A stretch of 64,000 nt of DNA from Lama glama (lineage: Eukaryota): NCBI GenBank assembly GCA_028534125.1, contig CM052850.1, positions 25,978,001-26,042,000 of the forward strand. The letters run 5' to 3'. This document shows, piece after piece, positions 12,701 through 24,879 of the stretch (position 1 is its first letter; every line of letters begins with the position of its first letter). The notes under the pieces are model-generated. The model saw nothing but the letters and a program-made list of their open reading frames with translations, was not told the DNA's origin and searched no databases. A program made the translations under genes and the position numbers.

Positions 12701-15700
12701 TTTCTGCCTCCTGCCAGCCTGAGACGCCGTGTGGGGACCCCACCCAGGGGAGGCCCAAGGCCAGAGGGGGGCTGCTTGTGTGGCTGTTTCCCCTACGACA
12801 GCCCGGAGACACTCCAGAGCTTCTGCCCGGGCTGCGCCCCTCCAGCTCCGTTGTTGCCTCGGCCCTGGCCCCAAGTCCCGGATCGGGTGCTACTGCCCCA
12901 GAGGGCTGCGGTGGGGTGTGGACAGGAGGCGTTCGCATCCTGTCACAGGACAGAACTGCACACAGAACACACGCGCCTGCTTCCCTGGGGAGCACCTCGC
13001 CAGCACTCTTGGGGTAAAGCGATGGGTCCTCCTGCGAGGCTGTGGCCCACAGTGGCACCCCTCTAGGACAGCGTAGAGGGCGTTGGGACAGCAGGATGGT
13101 ACCATTGAAGCGGTTGAGTCTGGTGGCCATGTCTCTGTCTTGCAGGATCAGATGGCAGGTGGGCCACTTTCTAGGGAAGTCTCGAGGGCCAGCTGGGGCC
13201 CAGGGCCTCACAGCCTTCCTGCCTGGTGTTTACACAGTGCCCAGGGGTTCAGGGGCAATCCAGGAAGGCTGCCAGTAGGAGGCAGGGTGGAAGACAGGAA
13301 AGATGTTGATCAGAGCATCAAGGTCAGGAGAAACCGTGTCTGGTCTCACGTGAGAAACAAGGCTGGTGAGCTATGGGGAAGAAGCCTGGAGCCAAGCTGA
13401 GAAATCTGGGGATTCTGGAAATTCCAGGGTGTGACAGGGCTTACCTGCGGTCGTCCTTCTGAGTGAGCGGTTGATGAGACCGGGAAAGACCAGGAAGCGG
13501 GCCCTGTGTGTATCAGCCTCTGGGGTCAGGGCCCGGGTTGCAGCCCCGGGGGGTCTGCGTCCCAGCGTGGTCGGGCCGTCCCTGCCGAGGGAAGCAGCTG
13601 GCAAGTCCCCGGGGACCCAGCCCTGCGTTCGAGAACCGCATCCGTCTGCGCGTAGGCGTCCCCAGTGCTCTCAGAGTCGGGTGCACTTGAGTCCTGCCTA
13701 ACCTCCCTGCTAATGCCCGGGACCAGCCCCACCCCACGCTCTCCGAGGGCAGCCCCGCCTGAGCCTGCGGGGAGGGCCTCGGGTCTGCCTTCCCGCCTCC
13801 CCGTGGGCAGCGCGGCCGCGTGAGGCGACGTGAGGGCAGGAGGGGGAACGGGCGTCTCTCCCGTGCGGCTCCGTCCGTGGCAGTCGCAGCGGCGCCCTGA
13901 TTTCAGCTGCTGCTGCAGACCCTGCAGGCGGCTCGAAGCGGGGAAAGCCCAGCGAGCCCTGGAGCCCTGGGAAGCAGCCCCCTGTGCGACGTGGCGGCGC
14001 ATCCCGGGGCTGCGGAGGCCACCGCTGGCCCCGTTCTCCTCATCCCCGCGGCCGGGCCAGGTTGCTGGCGCGCCTGCTGGAGCCTCGCAGGCGCGTGGTT
14101 CCCGTTTGTCCCTCAGCACCTCCTCTCCCCTCTGGGGGTGTGTTTTAGAAGATGACTAGACACTGGCTGAGGCACACGAGAGGCCGCCCGCAATGGCCTT
14201 CTCTGGGAGCCACACTCGGGCCCCTCACGCCTCCGTCCATTCTGCAGGTCCCGGTCTTTCTCCTCATCCCCATCCCCGTCCCCGACGCCCTCCCCGCACA
14301 GACCTGTGAGAGCCAAGGGGGAACCAGCTCCGCCTCCCACCAAGGCAGGGTAAGTGCTCGCCAGTGCCACCGCCAGTTGGGCCCCAGAAGGTAGGCAGGG
14401 CGCCGGGGTTGGGCTCTGGAGGCTGTGGGCCACGTGCCGTGTCTGTGCTTCAGCAGCCCTGCGTGGCTGTGGGGACAGCCTGCTCCCGGAGGTAGGAGCC
14501 CCTTGGATCATGGGCCAGCGGTGCTCTGCCTGGTCGGGGAGGGCACGGCAGCAGCGGCCCTGCCAGCCTCCTCGTCTTTCACCTTCTTTGCTGCCCCTGG
14601 AGTTGGTCACCTTGATCCTTTTCAACAGATGTGACGACACGAGGAATCAGAATCGCCTAGAACTTAGCACACAAACTTTACGACACCTGTGAGCAGTGTC
14701 GAGGTGCAGCCTCCCCCCCAATCCCCCGGGGTGACAGTGGGCCCCACTCCTGCAGCTCTGCCGAGCACGAGGGCCAGCCTGATGGTGGCCGTCCCTGCAC
14801 GGGTCTCGCGCAGCCCCGCTGCAGGTCTCTGTCCTGAGGGGGTCGGCCTCCGGGCTTCAGGCCTAGAGAACCCTGAGCGGGTCACTGATAGAGTGACCAG
14901 TGCTGACGTTTGACATCCCAGGCGCCGCAGCCGTCTGAATTGAACTTCCGGGTGGGCTGCCAGCATCCCGGACGCTCAAGCCCTCGGGGCTGCGCCCTAC
15001 GCAGGCTTTATGCGGGTGGCGTCACGTGGGTGCCCGTGCGTCTGTGTCTTGGTCAGCACAGACTTCGACTCAGCCCTGAGGCTGTGCTGAGCAGCTTACT
15101 TCCGCCCAAGACGCTGTTTCCTGCTGGTGTCAGCCCTGCTGTGACCCACCTACACCAAGTGGTCAGGGGACCCGAACACTGCAGGCGGCTTAGGTGGCCG
15201 TTTTCCTGACTGTGCCGTGTGAGAGTGTGCCTGGCCCCCCCGAGGACCCCGCTGCACGCGGGCTGGCCAGGAGTGCGCATCTGCCGTGGGGTGCGGCCCT
15301 TGCTGAGGGAGCTTGCCCGGCTCTCCGTGACCCTCCAGGGCTCTTCAGATGCCCATCTTCCTCCCAGCCCTGCCTTTGGTGAGGAAGTAGCATGACGCCG
15401 TGAGCTCCGTGAGGTGTGGGGTCTCACAGGGAGCGTGTACGTGCACTGCACGTCCTAAGATGTGCCCGGCTGGTCTGACCTCCCCCTCACGTCACAGGGA
15501 GAAATCGGTGAAGAAGCCAGCCCCAGCTCCAGCCCCACCACAGGCCCCCAAAACCACTGCCGCTCCTGTCCCTGAGCCCACCAAGCCCGGAGACCCTCGG
15601 GAAGCCAGGAGGAGGGAGCGTCAGGCCAGGACCCCCCCCAGGAGGTAAGCACACTGATGTCAGGCCCTTCCAGAGCTGGGGAGAGGCTCCCGGGCAGCCG

Positions 15701-18700
15701 AGGCTTGACCCTTCAATCACCAAGCCTCGGTTTCCCTGGGAGCTCAATGGGAGGGTGGTGGTGGGGTGGGGAGCCGACTGGAGGTGCCCGTCTTGGGGGG
15801 AAAGTACTTAGAAGAGAGCAGCCCTGCTCGTGGCCCAGCTGGTGGCCAGTCGCCGGTGGAGCACTCGTCCCGAGCCAGCGAGTGTGCTGGCTCTGAGGAA
15901 CGCCGTGTGCCAAGGCCGTGGAAGCAGAGCGGGGCTCTGGTTGTGTTGCAGGCGGACTGTCAGTGGCAGCGGCAGCGGCAGCAGCTACAGCGGCTCCAGT
16001 TCCAGATCCAGGTCATTATCAGCTCTGCCCCCCGTCGGGCCAGGAGGGGCCTCCTTGGGTGTGAGTGGCCTCCACCCTCGGGCGCCTGTGGCCCACCGCG
16101 GCTGCCTCACTGGTCCCAGGCGCTGGTCCGGAGCAGCCCCGACAAGAAGAGGCCAGGCCGATGCTCACAGCCCGGCCAGAGGGCTGGGTCCTGTCCCAGC
16201 CTGTCCAGCACAGGCGCGTGGGGAACAGCCGATGGGAAAAGTCTGTGAAAGATAGAAGAAAGCTCTGCTGTTTAGTTGTTTAGAGAGAAGACTGTCTGGG
16301 CTCAGGCTTTAGGTCCCTCGAATCCAGCTTCCTCTCATTTTCGTGCAGCAGGTAGTTCATACATTTGCCCGTGTCCTTGTAAGTAGGTCTGGGATGTGTT
16401 ACAGACTGAACATTAAAAAAACTGGACTGTTACCTCCCCGTTCCAGCGTCTGCCCACCTCGGGACCCGGTGACGGGTGTCTTCTCGGAGGGCGGGTCACT
16501 GGATTCGGCAGAGGCTGGCGCGGCGGTTTGTCTCAAGTCCTTGTGTAGCGTGGGCTGTGACGGCCTGGGGCCCGGCCGCTGTGTCTGTGCCACCCTGAGC
16601 TGTGTGGATGCAGGCAGTCATCTTCCCCTGGGCCAGGACTCTGTTCTGTGTCCAGCCCTGGGTCACACTCCATCACGTGTCCCTGCCCGGCACACAGCAC
16701 AGACATCAAGAGTGTGAGGGGCCTCATCTCGGCTGTATGGATGTCCCCTCACCATACGGCACCCGGGAACCACCCAAAGCTCCCCAAATTTCAGGCTTGG
16801 TGGGTGCACACCCCTCAGGAACAGGACCTAGGGAGTCTGGGGTCGGGGCCATGGGGCGCAGACGTGCGTGTGTGTCCAGGTCCCTGAGCGTGAGCAGCGT
16901 CTCCTCGGTGTCCAGTGCCACGTCGAGCAGCAGCTCAGCGCACAGCGTGGACTCGGATGACATGTATGCGGACCTGGCCAGCCCCGTGTCCTCAGCCAGC
17001 TCGCGGTCCCCAACCCCAGCCCAGACCAAGAAGGAGAAAGGTACGTGTCTGTGTCTTGGGCATCATGGATCCAGAGGAGGGTGCGTGGCAGTGCGGCTGG
17101 TGTCCATGTGCAGTGACCACACGCTACCCACCGCCCCCCCCAAATGGCACATGGAGGCCGCCTCACCGGAACAGAGGCTGTGATGGGGTGTTTCTCTTTG
17201 GCAGGAAAATCTAAAAAGGAAGATGGTGTGAAAGCAGATAAGCGGAAACGGGATCCGTCCACACAGCCACCCAAACCCTCGAGGCCCAGCGCAGGCAGCA
17301 GATCCTCCCAGCAGCCCACGGCCCCCCAGCAGGCACCTCCCGGGCAGCCCCAGCAGGGCACGTTCATTGCCCACAAAGAGATCAAGCTGACCCTGCTCAA
17401 CAAGGTGAGGCCGCGGGTGGCAGTGCTGGGCCCCAGGGACCCCTTGGCTGGTCCTGCCCTGGCGGGCAGCCTCATGGGCAGTAGCGCATGGGCACAAGTA
17501 GACAGTGCCAGGGGTGGTGGGAGCGCTCCCTGCCCTGGGTCTGGCCACAGCAGCCCTGGGCCGGGGCGCCACAGGCTTGGTCTCTCTGAGTTGGTGTCCA
17601 CAATGCCCTGAGGGACGGGGAAGCAGGAGGCAGAGTCTGCTGGGGTCCCGTCCCATGGGCCCCACTTCCCTCGGCCATCCTCACCGCCACCCTCCCCGCC
17701 GCTGCAGGCTGCTGACAAAGCGAGCAGGAAGCGCTACGAGCCCTCAGACAAGGACCGGCAGAGCCCCCCTCCCGCCAAGCGGGCTAACCTGTCCCCGGAC
17801 CGAGGTGAGCCGCCCCGAGCCGGGCGACAGGGCACAGGCGCCAGGACCCCGTCCACCCCTGAGGAGTGCTGAGGCCCTGGGGGGCTTCCGATAAGGTGGG
17901 GCGTGTCCATCCACGCCTGCCGCCGTCTGTGAGAGGCTCAAACTAAGGAAGGAGACAGTGATGAACTGTTGGGTTTTGACACAAATAACATCTTTTATGG
18001 GAAATAACTGTTTTCCAAAATAGAAGTTAGCAGAAGCGGCATTGGTTTTTTTTTTTTTTTCCATAGCCCGGTGCGGCTGGGATCCCATTTCTCAAAGCAC
18101 ATGCCCTCTGGGAAACTCCAGGCCAGCCCGTGAGCCTGTGCCGCGGAGGCAGTGCCGACCCCTGCAGAAGCACTGGCCCAGCCCCAGCCAGCATCTTTCT
18201 GGCTGGCTCTCACGAGTCCAGCAAAAATCTGACTCAGCCAAGCTGTCTTTACTTTCTAAGACAGAGGGCGAGGGCCCAGCAGAGCAGGGGCAGGTGGGGT
18301 GCAGGTCCCGGGCCGTCAGGAGCAGGAGGGCGCCACTGCCCCCAAGCACAGCGCCTGGGCCCACCAGCTGTGGTCCCAAGCCCCATCTGCCCTCACGCAG
18401 GACCCCACGCTCGCAGGGTGGTGCTGCAGCAGACACTCCTGTTTCTTTGCTTTGCTTGTATTTTTCAAGCCCTCACACCTTTTTGTTCCTTGTTTGAGGA
18501 TCACAGCGAGTTCCTTCGAGGCAGGGAAGGAGGGTTTAGTCTGCCTGCTGTTGGCTGGTGAGAGCCCCACAGCCTGTTCGGACTGTTGCTCCAGAAACCA
18601 GCACCCACACTGGGCCTCAGCTTCAGTGTTTCCTGACGTAGTTAGTTCTCCCCTTCCCCTCCTTCTTACTGGCTCTGCCGTTTTCCTCTTTCTGTGACAA

Positions 18701-19829
18701 CAAGGGCACTGAACTGAGCTGGCACAATCCTCTGGGGTGGGGTCGCTGGTCCCGGTGAGGCCGCCCCATCCCTGCCGGCCCACACCAGCCCCTGTGCTGC
18801 TGGCGTCACATGTAACTGGGACCCTGGTCTTCCTTCGCCCTGTGTCACCCAGGTTCTCGGGACCGGAAGTCAGGTGGGAGGCTTAGCTCCCCGAAGCCAG
18901 AGCGGCAGAGGGGCCAGAATTCCAAGGCACCCATGGCCCCGCCAGACAGGTGAGTGCCCCCCACCTTGTGCCCCGCACAAACCACATTGGCTTCTTTGCC
19001 ACCAGATGGGCAGGCCTAGAGGCCGCTGGGTTGTTGCTCTTGGCTCTGATCCAGAGGCAAGAGTATGGCCCGGCTCATGTCTTATTCTGCCCCCATGTGG
19101 GTCTTGGAACACACGGCTCAGGGCCGGGAGAGGGGCAGGGCAGGGCATGGGAAGTAGAGCCTAGATCTCCTTTTCCCAGGAAGTGGGCTTGGAGTCCCTG
19201 CCACCTGCGGCTCTGGGTTGAGGGCCGAGTGGAAGGGGACACCAGGCGGACAGGCACAACGCCCCCCCACACCCCTGGCCCTTGGCCCACAGCAGTGTGG
19301 GGTTTCGGCTCGCCACAGTGTAGGGCGCAGATGAGGACTGCAGCCGGGGATGAGTTAGCGGGGCCCCAGCTGAGCCTGGACACTGCGCCCCCTCACCCTC
19401 CCGGTCTGTGCACCACAGACAGGGGAGTGGGAGGGAGTGTGGGGAGGCCACAACCCCACGGCCAGAACCAGGGCTGCAGTCAGGAGGCAGTGCTCTCCCA
19501 CCTTGGGGGCCTCCATTCACTGGGGAGGGGTGCCCTCCACCTGGGCGCAGCTTCTGGGGTCCGGGCCCCTGGGCTGGCCGCCCTCCGCACCCTCTTGACG
19601 GCCTCCCGGCCCCTGCAGGAAGCGCCCATTGTCACCCCAGTCCAAGAGCTCTGGCAAGGTCACCAGTGTGCCTGGCAAAGCCTCGGACTCCAGCGCGGCC
19701 TCCGCCTCCGCCGGCACCAAGTCAGGGAAGGCCAGCACGCTGTCCCGGCGGGAGGAGCTGCTCAAGCAGCTGAAGGCCGTGGAGGACGCCATCGCCCGCA
19801 AGCGGGCCAAGATCCCCGGGAAGGTGTAG
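661..19829 (+). CDS. ZC3H18: Zinc finger CCCH domain-containing protein 18, 3' part (12 coding exons; the 5' exons lie upstream of the window)
   Basis: Exons 661-778, 1734-2002, 10898-11089, 11856-11981, 14248-14349, 15498-15644, 15952-16011, 16880-17040, 17205-17404, 17708-17804, 18853-18949 and 19619-19829 join in phase with GT-AG sites. The product runs LEPYADPYYDYEIER...(RE)n...KDPWRRSKSPKKK...RS-rich...SRREELLKQLKAVEDAIARKRAKIPGKV*, which I recognise as ZC3H18. Synteny with IL17C/CYBA/MVD agrees. Confidence 0.96.
1500..2200. promoter_or_regulatory. Intragenic CpG-rich island over the RE-repeat exon
   Basis: Very high CpG density seen by eye; boundaries approximate. Confidence 0.55.
1734..2002 (+). 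CDS. ZC3H18: ZC3H18 coding exon, Arg/Glu dipeptide-repeat region
   Basis: ttcaactag acceptor, AG|gtaggg donor; GAGCGC/GAGCGG repeats encode ERERER...KEKPKARSPQPP. Confidence 0.93.
2410..2950 (-). mobile_element. Old L1 (L1M-type) ORF2 fragment
   Basis: T-rich; resembles antisense L1 motifs (ttcttccaggtcatgagcgtggaatatctttcc; atgctgactttgtatcctgca). Confidence 0.55.
3677..4020. mobile_element. TcMar-Tigger non-autonomous DNA transposon (Tigger4/MER46-like)
   Basis: cccaataaacctatcgta...gaaaatgcatctaatacac...gaatactgtactgaa...accatcataaagtcaaaaa...gtaagccaggcaccagtctg resembles the Tigger4 consensus as I recall it. Confidence 0.6.
4455..4500 (+). repeat. (CCCCA)n simple repeat
   Basis: cccaccccaccccaccccacccca visible directly; G-quadruplex-capable on the minus strand. 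Confidence 0.85.
10898..11089 (+). CDS. ZC3H18: ZC3H18 coding exon (RQAELPKKEA...KDPWRRSKSPKKKLGVSVSPSR...)
   Basis: atttcag acceptor, AG|gtgagg donor, 192 nt. Confidence 0.93.
11856..11981 (+). CDS. ZC3H18: ZC3H18 coding exon, Ser/Arg-rich
   Basis: ctgcag acceptor, AG|gtacgt donor; SSSRSSSYSGSGSSRSRSRSSSYSSY. Confidence 0.92.
13600..14120. promoter_or_regulatory. Intronic CpG island in ZC3H18
   Basis: Dense CpG and GC boxes in non-coding intron sequence; boundaries approximate. Confidence 0.5.
14248..14349 (+). CDS. ZC3H18: ZC3H18 coding exon (SRSFSSSPSPSPTPSPHRP...)
   Basis: ttctgcag acceptor, GG|gtaagt donor. Confidence 0.92.
15498..15644 (+). CDS. ZC3H18: ZC3H18 coding exon (EKSVKKPAPAPAPPQ...RTPPR)
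   Basis: gtcacag acceptor, AG|gtaagc donor. Confidence 0.92.
15952..16011 (+). CDS. ZC3H18: ZC3H18 coding exon (RTVSGSGSGSSYSGSSSRS)
   Basis: gttgcag acceptor; weak AG|gtcatt donor, inferred from phase and homology. Confidence 0.85.
16880..17040 (+). CDS. ZC3H18: ZC3H18 coding exon (SLSVSSVSS...DDMYADLASP...KKEK)
   Basis: gtccag acceptor, AG|gtacgt donor. Confidence 0.92.
17205..17404 (+). CDS. ZC3H18: ZC3H18 coding exon (KSKKEDG...HKEIKLTLLNK)
   Basis: tttggcag acceptor, AAG|gtgagg donor. Confidence 0.92.
17708..17804 (+). CDS. ZC3H18: ZC3H18 coding exon (AADKASRKRYEPSDKDRQSPPP...)
   Basis: ctgcag acceptor, GAG|gtgagc donor. Confidence 0.92.
18853..18949 (+). CDS. ZC3H18: ZC3H18 coding exon (SRDRKSGGRLSSPKPERQRGQNSK...)
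   Basis: cacccag acceptor, CAG|gtgagt donor. Confidence 0.92.
19619..19829 (+). CDS. ZC3H18: ZC3H18 last coding exon (...SRREELLKQLKAVEDAIARKRAKIPGKV*)
   Basis: ccctgcag acceptor, TAG at 19827-19829. Confidence 0.94.
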
Positions 19830-20415
19830 GCCCGTGCTCTGCTCCCGGGGCACAGACGCTCCTGTTTTTATAAATAGGGTAAGCACAGCCATTTTGGATT
19901 TTGCAGTTTATGTCTTATTTTGGCTGTGATTCTTTTTAAAAATTGAAAAAGAAAAAAAAAAGTTCCTCAGCTGGAAGAGAAGCCACACACACGGAATGAA
20001 GAGGACGCTGAGCCCCAGACTGAACCGGCCCCTCCCGGAGTGGAGTCCTGCCAGACCGGCGCCGACTTTACGTCAATTACGAGTCCAGGGCGCCCACGTG
20101 AGCCCCACCCTCTTTTCCTCCCTCTGCTCGTCAGGGTGCCCGCTGCCATGTGGGGCCCCGACGTGCCACCCCCACCATCACCGGGAACATCAGTGCTGCT
20201 GAGCGTCCTGCCTGTCCCCGCCGCCCCAGGATCAAAAAATATATATATTCTTGACTGAAGTCTGATTGGGAAATACTTCCTGTCTTTTATTTTAAGCATC
20301 AAATTGTTTCAGTTGATTTAAAAAGGAAAAAAAATACAGAAAAGGAAAAAAAAGGCCAAGAGTATTGTTGGGCGTCTGTCAGATGTGGAAGGTCTTTTTT
20401 TGAGGGGTCTCCTAA

Positions 20416-20421
20416 AATAAA
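20416..20421 (+). terminator. ZC3H18 polyadenylation signal AATAAA
   Basis: AATAAA ~590 nt after the stop in an AU-rich 3'UTR, followed by a GU-rich downstream element (ttgtggtgatgtttg). Confidence 0.75.
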
Positions 20422-23339
20422 ATATTTTGATAAGCAGCGGTTTTGCCCTTGTGGTGATGTTTGCCTGGGCCTGGGCCCCCCACCTCCACCCTCCCCTTGG
20501 CGAGGGCCAGGCCACCCCACGACGGTCCCTGGGCCCTGGCTGACGGAGCCTGAGGACGGGGCTCCTCTTGGGAGACCCCTGTGAGGTTCCCTGGAGCCGT
20601 CAGCCCGGCGCACCTCCCCTGACCTGGTGTGGGGCCTCTGCCCCCAGCCCTGGTCTGATGGGGCTTCATGAATGCCGGGTGCCTGCGCTTGAGCAGGGAC
20701 CCCCCCCCAACGCAGCCCTAAAGCCCAGTTCAACACTCAGCGAGCGCCTCAGCGGACGGTTCGACCACATGCGGACGTGAGACGCCCTGGCCAGGCCACT
20801 CTGCTGTCTCGCTGCAGGGCAGGAGCAGGTCTGAGAGCCCCTGCCTGTGCAGTGCCCACCACAGCCCCTTCTCTCCACCCCGGAGAGCTCCAGCAGGACA
20901 GGACCACCAGAAAGAGATTCCTTCCTTGGGGACTGAACTTGCAGGGTGGGGCCTGGGGCCTCGGAGCTCCACTGCCCTTGGGTGACTTGACATGCAGACG
21001 ACCGGTCACCCCAGAGCCTAGCCAGGCCGTGTCAGGAGGCAGCAGCCCGGGGCCTGGCCTGGTGCTGTGGCCCGAGGAGCTGTGTGCAGTTACAGGATGC
21101 ATTCTGAGGCGCTCTGCCCCAAGGCTGCGTGGCCAGTAAAATGTGGGGCAGGAGGAGGGAGCGGGACGGAGTGCCGCTGAGGTGGCCGTGCCAAGGGGCC
21201 TCCTGTAGGGGCGGTCTCCAGGGCCCCATCCTCGCCGGTCCCTTGGCCTGGCACGCAATGCCTCTTGCCTCACCCACCTCACGCGTGTGCTGAGCAATTT
21301 TTCAAGACTTATCTGATTTGCCATCGGGTCAAAGTCAGGTGCTAAGGAAATGCCCATTCTCTGAATGGGTGGCCTTTATGGACATGGAGTCAGAATCCAG
21401 GACACCTCGGGTGACAGCCTGTCCCTGCCTTCTGCACCCCTGGCCACTGGGCCCCATCTGCCAGCCAGGCAGTGACGGCCTCTGAAGCCGGGAACCCACA
21501 GGTGAGCCCACCTCGCAGGTCTCTGCACTCAGCCCCTTCCCTGCTGGCCTGACTGGGCCTCCGACGCCTGGGTGGGAGCTCCAGTCCTGAGTCCCTGGAC
21601 CCAGGCTGAGTTTAAACTAGCAGCTCTCCATCCAGGGGCAGGCGCCTGACCTGGGAGGGCTGAGGTCCTGGCAAGGGGGTCACATGCAAAGGTTGGGAAT
21701 GATCAGAGTTCCTTAAGTCCCACCTCTGCTTACAGACTGTCCCAGACCTCCTGCTCCTCCAGTCCTCCTCCTCCTCCTCCTCCCCCCCCCCTCCAGGGCG
21801 CAGGCCTGCTTGCCTTCCTCCCACCCCAGGGCCTTTGCACTTGCCCTTTCCTGTTCCTGGAACTCTGACCCAGCTGAGCCCTTTATTTATTCTCCAAGCT
21901 CAGGCCAGGGCTGCCCCGTCGGCTCCGGCCCTCAGCTGTGAGCTGCCCCAGTGCTCCTGGAGTGGCCCCAGCAGTGCAGACCTCCAGTGGGCCTTCCTCA
22001 GGTGAGAACCAGTGGCGCCTGACCCAGCACCCAGCACCTGGCCCCACCCCTTCTGTTTCCTTCTCATGAGGGGAGGGGCCAGGTCTTCCACAGTCCGGCC
22101 CGTGGTCATGGTGTCGGCAGACGCTGCTGGCCGAGAGCAGGACCCGGGCACTTGGGCCATCACGGTGTCCTCCGCAAGCCCGGCCTCTCTCCAACCGTGT
22201 GTGCTCAGGTCTGCAGCCATCTCGGCCTCTTCTCCTCTCGCTCTTGAATGGATAAAAAAAGACTATTGTTTCAACTTACAATTTTTCTCACTGAGTGTCA
22301 TTAGTGAACGCCTTGCACCAACGAGACAGCTCAGTTTCGTATGAAGATTAAGTTCCTGTGGGTTTCTTGTGGCGGGGGTCACACCCGCCCCCTGGTGATT
22401 TACAGCAGCCGCAGTCCCCTCACCCTGCCTCTACACCAGCCCTGTGCCCCATTCCCTGAGGTCTGGCCTCCACCCATCCCTCCTACCCCGCCTCCACCCA
22501 CCTCCATCCCCCTTCAGCATCTCCCCAGGCGGGGATTTGGGAGTGAGGCCAAATGGGTGTGGTCTGTATGGGCAGGGATGCAGTGGGTGTGGCTTGAGGG
22601 GTGGAGTCTTCCATGACACCTCCTCCAGGACACCCTCCAGCCTTCCTCCTGCAGCCACCTTTCCAGTCTTGCTCAACCCTGGGCTGGTACTTGCCTCGGC
22701 TGCCAGAAGGAATGAGGCACTACTGGGCCCCACCCTGTGTCCTTCCTGTCAGTGCGGGACCCTCTACCTCAGCTAGGGCGCCAGTGCCCTCCAGAAATTT
22801 GTCCTCCAGAGTGGCTGCCACAACTTCGCCTAGCAGCTCAGGGCAGCGGTGAGGAAGGGGCGCAAGACTAGCCCCTGGAATCGTCCCCAGTGTGCCCACT
22901 TGCTTTGGGCTGTTCAGAACAGACACAGGACACCTGAGGCCCTGCCCCTTGGGTGGGGACCCCCTGCAAGGGAGCTCTGCAGTCTTTCAATCATGAAGAT
23001 TGTGCTGGGACCCCAGCCCCAAGGGAGGCAAATGTGTGGCTGAGGGCCTCCTCCCCGGCCTGCAGGTTCTTCCTTCTCGTTGGCTTCTGTCCCAGGCATG
23101 GGTGCCAGGCATGGAATGGGTGTCCAGGTGGCCCTCTTCCTCCACTGTGAGGCAGCTCCGCACCTGGGACGGGCCAGGCGGGCACACACTCCCTCCCTCC
23201 TCCCTGGGGGCTCATGGCCTTCTGGGCCAAGGCAGGAGGGGCTGAGAATTCTTAGAGCCAGGGGTGCTCCTGCAGGAGGGCAGGCCTCTGCTCAGCCTGA
23301 GGAGGGTGCTCCTCGACCCAAGCATCTGTCCTGGTAGGG

Positions 23340-23773
23340 GGTGAGGGGCTAGGCTGTGTCCCCCAAAACATGTTGCTGTCCTAGCCCTGGTGCCTGTGAA
23401 GAGTGTGCCTTCACCTGGGAAAAGGGCCTCTGCAGGTGTGATCAGGGCCAGGGCCTTGATGTCATCCTGGCTTTCGGTGTGTGTCTTTAGAAGATACAGA
23501 AAAGGAGACACGCGGGGGAAGAGGCCACGTGAAGATGGAGGCAGAGGTTGGACTGATGCGTTTACAAGCCAGGGATCCAAGAGTCACCAGGAGCCACCGC
23601 GAGCTGGGAGAGAGGCGGAAGGACCCTCTCTCAGTGGCCCCAGGAGAAGCCAACCCAACTGACCCTTTGATTTGGGGCCTCTGGCCTCCAGAGCTGGGGG
23701 ACATCGAACTTGTGTTGTTTTAAGCCCCCTAGTCTGTGGTACTGTGCTATGGCCGCCCCAGGAAGCGAATACA
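23340..23773 (+). mobile_element. MaLR solo LTR (MLT1-type)
   Basis: gtgaagatggaggcagaggttgga...ctggcctccagagctg...tgttgttttaagccccctagtctgtggtac...atggccgccccaggaagcgaataca. Confidence 0.75.
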
Positions 23774-24879
23774 GGTGGTGAGCTCCCTGTTGCAGGAGGT
23801 GTGCGAGCAGAGGGCGGATGGCGGTGGGCAGGCACCTGTGGGCAGGAGCAGCCCTGGGGACTCATCCATCCGTCTGTTCATCCATCCGTCAGGACACAGC
23901 ACCTGCTGCGGGAACATTTCCTCCAGACCGAGGCCGGGAACCATCTTCTGCCTCACCTGGGCCCCGGGAGGGCAGGGCAGCCCCCCATACAGGTGCAGGC
24001 TTGAGGCCAGAGTCACACTGCTGAGCCGAGGCACTGGGAGGGCCCAGGCGTCCCACCGCCTTCCCCAGCCCCATCTCAGGTCTCCCTGTCCATGGAGACT
24101 GGGGCCTTAATGGTGTGTGCTCTGGCTCCTGCCAGCCGGTGAGGAGAGACCAGTAGGCGGGTTGACTCCACCTTCCCCACCCCAGACCCTCCTCAGCCAG
24201 ACACGTATTTGATTATTTGATCTGAGAGGACCAGGGCAGACAGGGCCTTCAGCCTTGGAGGGTGGCTGGGACCCAGTGGACCCTCCCCAGGATGGTGTCC
24301 AAACCTGAGGCATTCAAAACTTTGCAAGATCTGACCCAAACTCTCTCCTTCTCAGATTAACGAAGGCACCTCCCGCATCCCCAGCTGGCAGCGCTGAGTT
24401 GGCACAGGTGGGCTCCTGGGGTCTCCTTATAACGCGTCTTAGGGGGCACGGCACTTCAAAGTTTCCAAGGCATTGCCAAGCCTTCCGTCTCAGACTTGCG
24501 CTTCTGTTGACTAAAACCACAGAAGCCCAAAGTAGAATCCTGAAGACACTCTCTGGCCCTCAGCCCCCAAGTCTTCTGGAACCACCCACTGCTGGAGGGC
24601 GAGAGGAGGCAGGCACCAAGGTGCACCGGATGAAAACTGGACCCAGCCTCATGTCCACCAACAGGGACAGAGAATCAACCCTGGTGGAGGACTAGTCAGC
24701 CACCTAACGAGGGCGAGCCCCTTGCCCCAGGTCACCAGGTCTGAGCAGCAAAAACATACACGCTGACTCAGAAGCAAGAATCAAAGAAGCAGGCTGCAGA
24801 AGGATACTCAGCCTGAAACCCTTCTATAGAATGGGCAGGACCCCTTCTCAGCTCCACTTGCCTCGGGTAGGGTCCCTCT

